From Balanoglossus misakiensis (taxonomy: Eukaryota; Animalia; Hemichordata): DNA of 64,000 bases. Shown here one piece after another: positions 52,301-64,000 of this stretch. Within the stretch, counting starts at the first letter, position 1, and each line of letters opens with the position of its first letter. Where the stretch lies: assembly GCA_040954595.2 (NCBI GenBank), contig CM082585.2, positions 3,998,902-4,062,901 of the forward strand, read 5' to 3'. The notes beneath the pieces are model-generated. The model saw only the letters and a list, made by a program, of their open reading frames with translations, ran no database searches and was not told where the DNA came from. Position numbers and translations under genes: made by a program.

Positions 52301-55300
52301 GCAAGGCGTTGGAGATTGTCAGAGCTTTGTCGATGTCTTTGGTGAAGACCCCAGCAGCCAGACCGTAGTGAGTGTTGTTGGCTCTCTCGATGACCTCCTC
52401 CACAGTCTTGAATTTTAAGATGCTCTGCACTGGGCCAAAAATCTTTGCCATATGAACAAGAATTTATTGGGTGTGATTAAAAAAATTTAATCTCAAGTTC
52501 ATTAAAGTAGTAGAGTCTACTGTTGTAGGCAAACTGTTTACCACCAGACCAAATGACTACATAACTTTAAAGTCCCAACTATCAATAACCTTAGACCTGA
52601 GTAGGACTTTTTCTGTTATGGCCTAGAGTACTCAAACTTGAGAAAGGTACACAGATAAAAAGTACACACAAATAAAGTACACATATAAAAAGAACTCACA
52701 TGCGAATTGTATGTTTTGGGTCCTTGTATTATGTGCCCATTCAATATTTTTCTCTATTTTTTTCTCACCTCCTCTTTAGCGATTCTCATATCATCTTTTA
52801 CATCATAGAAGACGGTCGGTTGGATAAAAAAGCCCTTATCACCATGACGATTGCCTCCACATCCAAGCAAAGCCCCTTCCTTTTTTCCGCTTTCAATGAG
52901 ATCCATTATTTTGTCAACTTGTTTCTGATTGATCTGGGAAGAAAAAAATCCAGATTTAGTTTGGGCCATTGATGATATTGATTTTAATAAAAACAAAGTA
53001 AAAGGTTTACATTTTTCTTGAAGTTGTAGAGGGCGCACAAAGTCTACCAGTCATTTTCCATTTCAAGACTTGGCAATGGTTTGGCTAATTTACAAATATA
53101 CCTGGTGTTCTTTACCCGCTTTCTTTCATTATTTATTACACCTCACGTATTATACCGTATTCGTGATTGGCTGAGACGCGCTCACGTGATATAGAAAAAA
53201 AGTGATATAACATGGCTAGAATTGATAAAGCCCTGTCGCGTGCGCTGATATTGCCTGCTGGGTTGTTTTGGTGTTCTGCGCGCGACTTCTGCGCGTACCA
53301 AACTGTCGTTCAATGGCTTCCTCCACGATCAGTCAACTCCCGCATCTATGGCTTCAAAGCGATACACAGGATTAACACCTGTTCAACTGGACGATATTTT
53401 ACTGCAAACGGACATTAAATACACCAAAATCGTAACCAACAGCGCAGTATCCCCAACATTATCTGAGTTCGAAGTAGGTATAGTTTTTGGGAGATCGAGA
53501 CATTTTACATTCTCAGCAACGTACGACATGGACGCAACCCTACGTTCTTCTATGTACGTTCAAATGTTCGGCGTAATAAAATAAATAACACATGATGCTC
53601 GGGCAACATCACGATTTGAAGCCTGCCCTCGGGATGGTGATCTCTGACCACAATGAAAAAACGTGTGGTTTCGATAACCCAACCCACCAACCCTAAACTT
53701 CAAAAACTGTAATTTCCCGAATAAAAAAGTTATGTAAAGTTGAATCACGCAAGACTTCGAACGACATGACGTCATCTATGTTCTGACAAATTTTTTAAAT
53801 TGACAAAAAAGTATTTTCCTACATATTCCTACCCTATTTAGGAAAGCACGTTATCAGGACCACACAGTTATCTTTTTCGTAAAAATTCAAATTTTCTCTG
53901 ACTGATGCGATAACAAATATAAAAAAGATTGCAATTTAACCGGAGCAGAAATTGCTGTCTCAAAACGGAAATACTACTGACTCACTATTACAATTCTCTA
54001 AAGAGAAATGGTTGTCACACGTAAACGGAAAATCTAAATTTGTGTATATTGCTAACCTGGGGTCCGGAGTCAACATTCTTGTCGGTCAGAGGATTGCCAA
54101 GAGTCCGATTCTTGGCTCGTTCGATGCTGCGTTTGACAAACTCGTCGTATATCTCCTCTTGCACAAAGGTACGGGTACCGGCACAACAGACCTGGCCCAT
54201 GTTGAAGAATACAGCCTCGTGACTGACTGAGACTGCCTCGTCCACTGTGAAGGAGAGACAGACAGAGAAATTACCAGCTGCAGCTTCTACACGCAGATGA
54301 TTCAGATTTTTGAAACGAGGAACCAATTCATTTAGAAAAAAGTAAATGCTCCAAGGTTTACACTGACCAAGTCACTCAAAATTTCAGGACTCTTTAGGAG
54401 TGATCGTCATTCGTTTTATAAGAGGGGTATGTGATGTCCGAAATGCCACTTTCGTGGCGTTAGGCCAAAATAAAAGTATGTGCAGACACGCTGTTCCGAA
54501 AACCCGACCTACCCTAAACTATTTAAAACTCCGTATAGTAACATTAACGATGTCAAATATACAAAATTTAAGAAAATTCCGCGAATCACGCACGAACTAT
54601 GACGTCATTCTTCTACACTACGGCGGCCAGAGCAATCGGAACAGCACATATTATTATTTGGCCTTATCATGCAGCAATGGTCTCATTAGCTCGGAGAACA
54701 GAATAAATTACCTGGACTTCCCCGATAAACAAAACGTGTTCTCCCTGCGCTCTTTATAGTGAAACATAAAAATAGTACTTGACTCAGAACAAAACTAATC
54801 AGTGGTAGTTTCAGAGATCAAACATGCATGCATTCAGACACCAAATAATCAAGTGTGTGTGCGTGGCATTACATGTATACTTACAGTCTTCTGTGTCAGC
54901 GAATACAATGCAGGGGCTCTTGCCTCCAAGTTCTAACGTCACACGTTTTAAATTGCTCTTGGCAGATGCCGTCTTCACTAACCTGCCAACCTACAACAGA
55001 TATTTCAGTGGGTAAAGGGACAAAGTCTCTCTCTCGCTGCCTTTTTCCATTAATTATGTTTGATACAAGACGCCGTTAATGTTATTCTACATGTGGATAT
55101 ATAGTGAATCAACGTTCGACCACACACAGCTTCCATCCCACTTGCAGACACGAGAGGGAAAAACTCACCAAAATGAATAACCGGTGTTTACCATTTATTC
55201 ATTTTGGCGAGATTTTTACTCTCATATCCTACAAACAGGATGGAAGTTGTGTGTGATTGAACGTTCATTCACTACGTAAACACTTGTACATTAACTTAAA

Positions 55301-58300
55301 CGGTGTCTTGTATCAAACATAATTAATGGAAAAAGGGCAGTGAGAGAGACTTTGTCACTTTAAGTGGGCGTATGACATAAAATTACAAATTTTTGACAGT
55401 CTCTTCAATATATGTAGCTTACGGAGTTTGGGACTGCTTTTAACTCCCATAAGTGTGGTGTAATAATAAATATTGAACTAACCAGATTGTTTAATTATGT
55501 TGATTGTATGCCCGGGCTTGAATTTACCGAGACGAAAAATGATCACAACAGTCGTAATATATTACAACATGCAGTCACTTTTACGAAGACGCACACACAC
55601 GCACACGACGCGCGCGCACACACAGAGAGAATGCAGACATTACCTCTATAGATCCAGAGAAGGAAACTTTATCCACGTCCATGTGCTCGGAAATGGCAGC
55701 CCCAGCTGTTGCGCCGTATCCTGGCAACACATTTACAACTCCTGGTGGGAAGCCAGCCTAGGGTAAAAAATAAACAGAATCCGGGGGTGAAAACTACATA
55801 CTCCATTCCATAAATGGCTGTATACATTGTAAGGACCAAAGACTGACAGAGAACTATTTAGATTTTTATTCTCAAAACATGTTTTAAGTTCTTAGATGAC
55901 GTAATCTAGTTTCTTGCAAAAGAATTCAATTTGTAAATCTGACCTGACTGACTACCGAGTTAAAAATCCAACAGTCATATTGAAGAATTTACCTCAACGA
56001 CAAGAGAAGCGACGTGTAGCGCAGTAAGCGACGTTTCTTCAGACGGTTTTATAAGCACAGTATTACCACAGGCCAAAGCTGGACCAAGTTTCGATCCCAT
56101 TAGACCCAGTGGGAAGTTCCATGGATAATACAAACCGCATACGCCAATGGGTTCATGGCGAGTATAACAGAAATTGTTACCATCTGCGGAGAAAATGACA
56201 ACGCAATGAAGAGACAACCGCGGTGTGCCAATATGTAAGCAAGTAAGTAAGTAAGTAAAGAGCAAACGTGCGTATGTGGTTTTAGGCCTCGTGCCAAATG
56301 CAAAGTAAGTAAAAACATTTACAGAAGAAAAAAAATATGTACAAGTAAACGTACAGGTACATGCAAACATACGTGCATATCAAACAATAACAAACCACCA
56401 CCAGTACCACCACCACCACCACCACCACCACCATCACCATCAATCAGCTGCTTACCTATTGGAATGGTTTTGCCATGGATTTTGTCGGCAAAGCCGGCAA
56501 AATAGCGCAAGCTTTCCACAAATTCATGTGCTCCCACCTCAGCGGCAAAATATGGCATGCCATTATCAAGGCTCTCCAATGTCTGTAAGGGAGTCATTAA
56601 AAATAGGAGTTACAGATTTTCATTGCAAATTTACATTCTAGTAATTTTATTTCCTTGAATGTGACTTGCCATTCTATGTATATTTTTTCGCCGAACATTA
56701 AATGTTGTTTACATATAAACCTACGATAGTTTGAAATAAGAAAAATGTGACACGTAAGAGATTAGGTAACTTAACGATTGAGTTTGATAATGCATGGGCT
56801 CTGAGGTACCCAGGTCAATTTTACCAGGGTTCCCCATGCAGACATTTTACCAGGATCCTCCTTTATTGTTGCATTTATATAAATGGACGGCACAAATTGT
56901 TACCTGGGCTCCAAAATCATTTACCAGTGCTTCCCAACCTTTGCAAAAGCACGGAGTACATGTATTACAGTCATTGAATACTTGTTACAAAACTGTCTTT
57001 TGCATCATAAAATTAAACAGTGGGCCATTGAGATCTATTTTTTAATTCAATTGGGTGATGCGTTGATTAAAGCAAACCCACAATTAACCTATAAGAAAGC
57101 TATATCTCGGTACCTGTTTGGAATTATTTACTGTGAGTTAAGGGGTCTAAGAATGTCTCCCTACTTACAGCCAGGGACATCGTGTCCCGCTCAACCAGAT
57201 CAGCCAGTTTGTTCAGCAGTCTGCCTTTGGCCGATGCGTCCATACTACGCCACGGTGAGCCCAACTGAAAAGCCTTTCTGGCTGCTCTCACTGCTGCATC
57301 AACATCGGCCTGAAAAAGTGACAGATTTTATTGACAGGTAAAGTAAACAATGTCATTTATTGTATCTGTGTGATTCAGACCTGATCAAAGACTCGTTTTG
57401 GGGGTAAACTTTTCTAGCAAAACTCACAAAATACACCATCAGCATCCTGATCGACCCTTACACTAATAAGTTCCAAATTATCCAATGTCTCCCCAGATGC
57501 AAACACTCTCCTCTGGCTTCCTTTGCTAATAGAGGAGAGGGTTTTTTTTCTCACTCCTGGCCGCTGGGAGTGTGGGATCGAGAGTGTGGGATCAAATCGA
57601 TCTCTGTGTTAATGCGAGCACAGACAACTGTTATCTGACACGAGCTCTGATTGGATAATGATATTCGTACCCCTCAGAACGAGCAAATATTATCCAATTG
57701 TGTGATGTGTTGTACACGAACCGGAACTACAATGTGATCAGGTCATGTGCAGAAGACAGTGTACTGTGGTGTACGTGGTTGGCGACAGACTCGCAAAAAA
57801 CGGTTGTATTTTCTAAATATCTTGCAAATTTATGCCACTGGAAACAGTATCCATATTTCAATGTGTTGAGCACATTTTTGTAGCATAGGTGTACTGTAAA
57901 CTCGTGATGAAATGGGGACTATATTTTGCGGGAGGATCAATTTATGACCGGTCATGCAGTTATCAGTTGGTATTTTATATATTTAGTTCTTTTATTGTAA
58001 ATAAACGTGAATATCGCAAATTTGTGGTCGTGTGAGAAATAGAATCTCACAAACAAAGGACCTGGGAACGTATTTCTCACACTCGTCGGGGATATTCATC
58101 ACGAGTTTACAGTACACCTATGCTACAAAAATGTGCTCAACACATTGAAATATGGATATTGTTTCCATATCCCCAACTCGTGTGAGAAATAAGATCCCAG
58201 GTCCTCGGGAGTGTGAGATTCTATTAATCTTGCAACATGTCCTTGGCTCATTAAAGGGACAAAGTCTCTCTTTCTCGTTGGCCCTTTTGTTTGATACAAG

Positions 58301-59394
58301 ACACCATTTATGTTAATGTACATGTGGATATTTAGTTAATCAACGTTTAACCACACACAACTTTCATCCCACTTGTAGACACGAGAGTGAAAAACTCGCC
58401 AAAATGAATAATCGGTTTCTACAATTTATTCTATTCATTTTGGCGAGATTTTTACTCTCATATCCTACAAACGGGATGGAAGTTGTGTGTAATTGAACGT
58501 TAATTCACTATATATCCACCTGTAGAATAACATAAATGGTGCCTTGTATGATTAATGGAAAATGGCCAGTGAGAAAGACTTTGTCCCTTTAACTAAATAC
58601 TCGAAGAAACGCGTGGACAGGAGTTACGCCACGCAAACAACTTCGAACATGGTCTCCTTTCTCTCTTACCTTGTCAGCTTCTTGTACGTCACAGATTTTT
58701 TCTCCCGTAGATGGGTTGATGGTGGGAAATGTTTTCCCGCTGATTGAATCAACAAATTCATTGTTGATGAAGATCTAAAATAATGAACAAAAATAATTGC
58801 TCACATTTGTAAAACAAAGAATAACGTATCATTTGAGATGTACAATACTTGAGATATCATGTGAGTGTTAGGGTCTGAATGGAAGTTTCATTGTGGTATT
58901 CCTTATTTGCAATAAAACGTCTTAGTCACCAGCCATATCGTATCAGCATAATTTGTACAGTCAGATTGACAACACTTATTTTACAAACGAGTGAAGTAGT
59001 GTCTCATTGATATTTTAATCCACCATTTTCTCAAAGAATTATTGTCAGCAAATGAAGATTTCGTCGAATAGTCATCTAATTGATTGCCACACCTTGTGTC
59101 TTCTATGATTGTTTAGATTTACTTATTTATTTCACTAGATATTAAAACTAGTCTTTGTCCCAGAAACCAAATTTAAATACTGAGGTAAATAAGTTAAACG
59201 CAAAAAAAATTGTAATTTTTTAAGAATTCATTAAAAGTTCATAGACCAGTACATGTACATATACATGTATTTCACCCGATGATGCCTTAAGCATGTGAAC
59301 AGGGCGAGAGCTAATCGATATAATAGTGAAAGCAATATTTATATATACTAACCTGTGTATACTTAATATCAGGCGTTGCCAGCGATTCCGACAT
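49312..59394 (-). CDS. ALDH1A: Cytosolic aldehyde dehydrogenase, ALDH1A-like, 493 aa, 13 exons: 59353-59394, 58670-58774, 57169-57309, 56456-56582, 55993-56183, 55644-55757, 54885-54990, 54057-54244, 52769-52933, 52285-52442, 50853-50927, 49677-49716, 49312-49341
   Basis: All junctions GT-AG and phase-compatible (1482 nt); [14 protein letters not shown] (catalytic Glu), GQVCCAG (catalytic Cys), [20 protein letters not shown]; short N-terminus with no mitochondrial leader. Confidence 0.93.
50295..50556. mobile_element. TTAA-flanked MITE (Kolobok-like)
   Basis: TTAA-AGCGCCTAGCTCGTCTCACACGCATG ... CATGCGCGTGAGACGATCTATTGCCT-TTAA. Confidence 0.55.
51877..52224 (+). mobile_element. Kolobok-like MITE, copy 1
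   Basis: TTAA-AGGGACAAAGTCTCTCTC...GAGACTTTGTC-TTAA; internally homologous to copies 2 and 3. Confidence 0.75.
54463..54663. mobile_element. GGCCAAA-terminated MITE with TTA TSD (Zator/Harbinger-type)
   Basis: TTA-GGCCAAAATAAAAGTATGTG ... CACATATTATTATTTGGCC-TTA. Confidence 0.7.
55016..55359 (+). mobile_element. Kolobok-like MITE, copy 2
   Basis: Same TIRs and interior as 51877-52224. Confidence 0.75.
57840..58166. repeat. Inverted repeat with ~70 bp arms (MITE-like)
   Basis: TATCCATATTTCAATGTGTTGAGCACATTTTTGTAGCATAGGTGTACTGTAAACTCGTGATGAA and its exact reverse complement at ~58096-58160. Confidence 0.8.
58255..58588 (+). mobile_element. Kolobok-like MITE, copy 3
   Basis: TTAA-AGGGACAAAGTC ... 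GACTTTGTCCCT-TTAA. Confidence 0.78.
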
Positions 59395-59452
59395 GGTGCT
59401 ATTGCGCTCAAAGTTTGCTCAGATCTGCTGTCACCCGTCCAATCACGCCTGC

Positions 59453-59460
59453 ATTTATAA
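59453..59460 (-). promoter_or_regulatory. Putative TATA box of the ALDH gene
   Basis: TTATAAAT on the minus strand, ~60 bp upstream of the ATG at 59394. Confidence 0.45.
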
Positions 59461-62075
59461 GGCAAATTCAACCGGTCAATATAAAACTGCAAGTCCAGGA
59501 CTGCGCGTAACGATGCTGTAACGTTGAATAATACCGAGAAAGACAAGACACCCTCATTTGACGCAAAAACACGTTTTGTTATTTAGATCTGCAGCCACAA
59601 TCAGAGGTTGATAATATATTGTAATCAGACCATTATTCTTGTTTCCGCTATACAAGTTATGACTTGCACATATGTCAGTGAACGGTTGGGAGCGGTCTTG
59701 CGATTTTTACTCCCGTTCTAGGAGACCGTGCTCAACAAAGTGATGACCAAAAGTGATATACAAGCGTTAACGTGTCGTGCGATAAGCTTTTAGTTACGTA
59801 ATTCCCGGACTTAGCCTAACTGCGAAGAATGAGAAATTATGAGAGCAGTAACCACCAGTGTAACGATTTTAATCATAGAATCCTGCTAATTATTTAATCT
59901 AGATAGATGACTGGTTATTTTTCCATATGACAAATAAAACTTTGGTGCAGGGAGACTAAGCGAGTTTGACAGGTCAGGCGAAGCTGTGACCTTTCCACAC
60001 TCCCAAGCCGCTTTTCGATAATTTCCCAAAACTATAGAATAGTAAGAAATGGCTTGCGATGGCTAGTCTGAATTCCCGCTGACCCCCCCCCCCCTTTATC
60101 TTGTACGCAAATAGTATGGGGGTCACACACACCATTAAGACGGTTCTGAAGCGTCTCAGATCAGATATTGTCTTTAAAAAAATATGTGTGGACGACGGCT
60201 TAGATTTGAGACGGCTCTGTCGGCCAGACCTGAGCCGATGTGAGAATTAACAGCTCTCCGCAACCCATTGTATATGAGACATCCTCAGCGCCTATACATA
60301 AACTTTGTGTGTGTGGACACAACGCGACTCAAAGGATTAATGCTCTGTGTTAACAGTAGGCAAATAGTGTCTCAAACTTTTCTGTGTGAGAACCTGGTAT
60401 TGGGTATACGAGTAACACAGGTAAATCTTCTCCTTTGAATCGACAGTTGAATGGTGTCAGGCCGGAGGAAGAGTATCATTATTTTCTGGAAAATCTGTCC
60501 GCGAGGCGTGTATTACACCTCGAACTCTGATATAACTACATGTATTTAGGATTGAAAGGATAATTTTAATGGGCGATTTTATTCTATTTGTCAGCTGTAC
60601 TATATATCTCTCTCTTTTATTTGAGCTTCAAAAGAAAAAGTTACAAAGAAAAGAAAAGCGGAAATGAATGCGCATATGAATGACCGTGTTGTTTTGTTCT
60701 GAAGATCAAATACTACAATCCTTACACGTACATGTATGTACATGTATATCAATCTAATTTCACTTTCCCTCTCTTTCTTCATTGTAATGTATTCTACTGT
60801 CCAATTTTCCTTACATGGTAGCTGTTGTAATGCAACCATTATTTAAAAAAGATAATTAAAAGTTTCCGGTTTAAAAGAAAACATGCAACGAAATTAAAAC
60901 CAGCATCAATCCATTCCATATGCTAATATCATTATAATGCTAATTCCCCCCCCCCACCTACATCTGCGAACTAATAAAAACGGGCAAATTCGGCAACCTA
61001 ACTCGCGTCGGAACATTTGACGGCAACAGAAAACAAAGCGAGCGTAATTCAATAAACTGACCTATACCAGCCTGAACTATGATTATTTCAGGTTTCAAAA
61101 CTCCGTTCACGTATTTCATCTGATTTTCCGAGGAGCACTCAAAATGTCCACATTGCAAAAACCGGATTTGGCCGAGACTTAAATGTATGCATTATCGTTA
61201 GAACTGATGACATACAATGTAACAATTCCTCCGGTTTGAGCCAATCGGCCCTCACAATTTTCCCGCTTTCACTGGACTATATAAGAGCTTGTATATTCTG
61301 GAAGTTTTCGAGGTCAGTTTTGTTTTGGGAACTCTGCGAGTCGCACGTATTGCAACGGAGTATTGTTCTGTTGGTGGTTGTTCACCCACTTTTGCGATAA
61401 ATAGTTGCTCATTATTCACGACCGAGTACGAGTCATTTCGGAAGTCCGATATAAAGAGCTTTGTTCGCAATATTCAACCGCTCACAAAATGTGGAGTTTG
61501 CTCATAATCGCGAACGTTCTACGACACGCTTCTATATCATTTGATATCTACTGGAGATTTCATAAAAACCACCCTCGCTTAATGTTCCTTTCCATAAAAT
61601 CAAAGACACGTGTCTTGTACATTGGAGTACCACGGTTGGTCATTATATTTGGCTCGATCAGGCTTTGGTGAGTAAAAAGTCAGCAAGTTCCATATATATA
61701 ACTTACAGGTAGCTACACAGCTATATCTGGAAAACAGCGTCAAAAAACACTGTGCTCTCATTCATGTAAAACTAAACATACATATAATATCAGGCATAGT
61801 TGCTTTCACTGTTAAATTTACCTGCTAGTGTCCGGCACCCATCAATGGCAATTTTAAGTGTAATATTGCCAAATCACCCAATTTGATGGCAAGTCAATGG
61901 TGTCACTCACTCACTTCCTTGTCATATTGTGACAGAGAATATCTTTGTTCGTCCCGGAACTAAAGGTAGACCGAAATAGCACGCCTCTACCACGTCACCC
62001 TATAAAATAAAATAAAAAAACACCAGCGAATGTCAGTGTTCTGTGTTCGTGAACAATTCACAGAAGAGGACGAGC

Positions 62076-62117
62076 ATGATGAACGTTGTCATATTAATCT
62101 TATGTTTGCTCTGCCAG
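62076..62117 (+). CDS. Probable first (signal-peptide) exon of a gene running out of the window
   Basis: TATAAAA at 62001, MMNVVILILCLLCQ, strong CAG|GTAAGT donor. Confidence 0.5.
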
Positions 62118-64000
62118 GTAAGTTGTGTTACATTTCCAGCATTGTAGAGTATCCATTCACGTCTTTATTTTGAACAATGATATCGGATATGGAACTCTTT
62201 TGTGCTGTCGAGGAACAGTCACACTAATGCTATGCTTGGAAATATGTTATTTGATTTCTCGTTCTGGTATGTAAAACAATTTAGGACATTTCCCTTTAAG
62301 AAAGCAGCTCTATTGTTGACAAACAGGGTTAATCGTGATATTTGCAAGGGGGTACCCCTTCATAATGATCACATACCAGACTCTAATTTATTTAGTTTTC
62401 AAGTAGCATAATCTACATAGTCCAGGTTACGGTCGTCGAGGTGTGAACCGCATAATATTTATTGATATTTATTGTGTAATGCGAAAGCTGGTTTGTGACA
62501 ATTATTTATTTGGGAAAACGTAGTGCCACATTTAAACCATTTAACTCATTTTTCCGTACCGCCCTTATATACAAAGTGGACATAATGCTCCATTGTCGAA
62601 AGATATTGATCAAAGTTTGAGAAAACGCGGAAAACATTTTGACGGTTAATTCTTATTTATAAAAAAGATGACGATAAGTTGCCTATTGCGTTGAAAGGGT
62701 TGATCTATGTTTACTTGACAAACCATATGTCCATAAGTACAAGTATCAATTGAAAAGAGAATATTCTGCTAACAGTAACTGTAAATTGGCGCTGCACATT
62801 GGTGGAATATACTCCAATGGAGTTTCTATATTTAACTTGATACTGGGCCCTAGATTGTGGTGTCGACCCTTGAATTAGTGCGGAGTCACTATTTCTGGAT
62901 TTTTCCAATAACATGGAACAATAAATGTGCCACTATCTGAAAACATTCTTTTATGTGGCGGGAAAACAGGGTAGTCATGTCGTGAAAATTGTCAGATGAA
63001 AAATACAATTAGGTCGGTGGAAAACCCGCAATTGTATTACTTAGGAACAATATCGTGATCAAATATACCTATAAATAAATTCACGAAGTGTATTGACTTA
63101 TGCATATTTTGGGGTGGTGCACGATAATATTAAATTTTTCATAACAATTTCTTTCAAAATGAACGGGTCAATTTACATCTAAGATGTGAATGTAGAATGT
63201 ATACGTATGCCGTATACGCTGTACACGAAGTTAAATTGCCAATTGGGTGAAGTTTGAATACGGTTTTCTCTCAGCACATTGGTCCATCATGTTATGATCA
63301 TCCCGTTTCTGCTCGGGTATCTGTGACGCCATTATCCAACATGAACCTTAGGGAATTTACGATTATTGTCTCTTTTTTAGTCATTCTGTAAAGGTATCGC
63401 GCCCTCGTGATAATGAAAATTCAAGGCTCTTAATGGTACAGTGGCCAAATGAAGGCGAAATTAATTATGTTTTCTGCGTAAAATTTAAAATATAAAGTGA
63501 CATTGTTTTATTCCTATGCCTATATATAGACAGCGATCAACAGTAATGCGCTGAATCATCGCCGATCCAACGGTGAGTAGAATTGATAATTGTCTACAGG
63601 TAACATGCTATCAGGGAATATTTGGGACTTACTTGATATACAATTACGCCTTTTATTTTTTGTGCGTGGATGCCAACCTCCTGACGATGCATTTGCTGCA
63701 TGTAATGATGTGTTGTGATGTCATCATTAGTGCCCGGCCTATGATTTTGTTTGAAAATATATAGACGTGATTGCAATTACATATATAATGCACGGGGAAA
63801 AGTAGAATGATAACCTCTACTCGTTATGTGAACAGTATGCAATTTGGGCTCACTCTAGGTATAGAATACATCGTTTAATTCACAGGGGGATTTGGGTCGG
63901 TTTTGTCATCACAGAGAAATACAAAAGCCCAAAGTTCAAAATGCGGGTATTCGGGGCGACTTTTGCAAACCGTGATTTTTTTCTGCTCCAAAGTGGTGTA

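Overview
Eukaryotic genomic DNA with spliceosomal introns, probably a marine invertebrate deuterostome (inference from gene and repeat content). Host genes reconstructed from GT-AG exons: a secreted fibrinogen-related-domain lectin (minus, 2338-5384), PAN/apple-domain genes (~10.4 kb plus; 13815-15758 minus), an orphan secreted helical protein with a glycine-rich hydrophobic hairpin (27810-30329), a cytosolic sulfotransferase pseudogene (31643-46618, two in-frame stops) and an intact 13-exon ALDH1-like gene (minus, 49312-59394). The centre is a three-level nest. SULT intron 3 holds a 12.4 kb Ngaro-type tyrosine-recombinase retrotransposon (33116-45506, split direct repeats A1..B1-A2..B2). Its gag ORF is interrupted by an apparently intact 7067 bp DNA transposon (33441-40507; TTA TSD; 47-48 bp G-tract TIRs). 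That element encodes a long Zator-like DDE transposase with a C-terminal SAP-like motif plus a divergently oriented second gene with an N-terminal SAM domain, and it is the best candidate for an undescribed system. Also present: a 189-bp tandem array derived from the left TIR of a 4.5 kb Academ-like element, a Maverick/Polinton ATPase fossil, LINE and SINE remnants and many MITEs. Family names come from motif recognition only; no searches were run.
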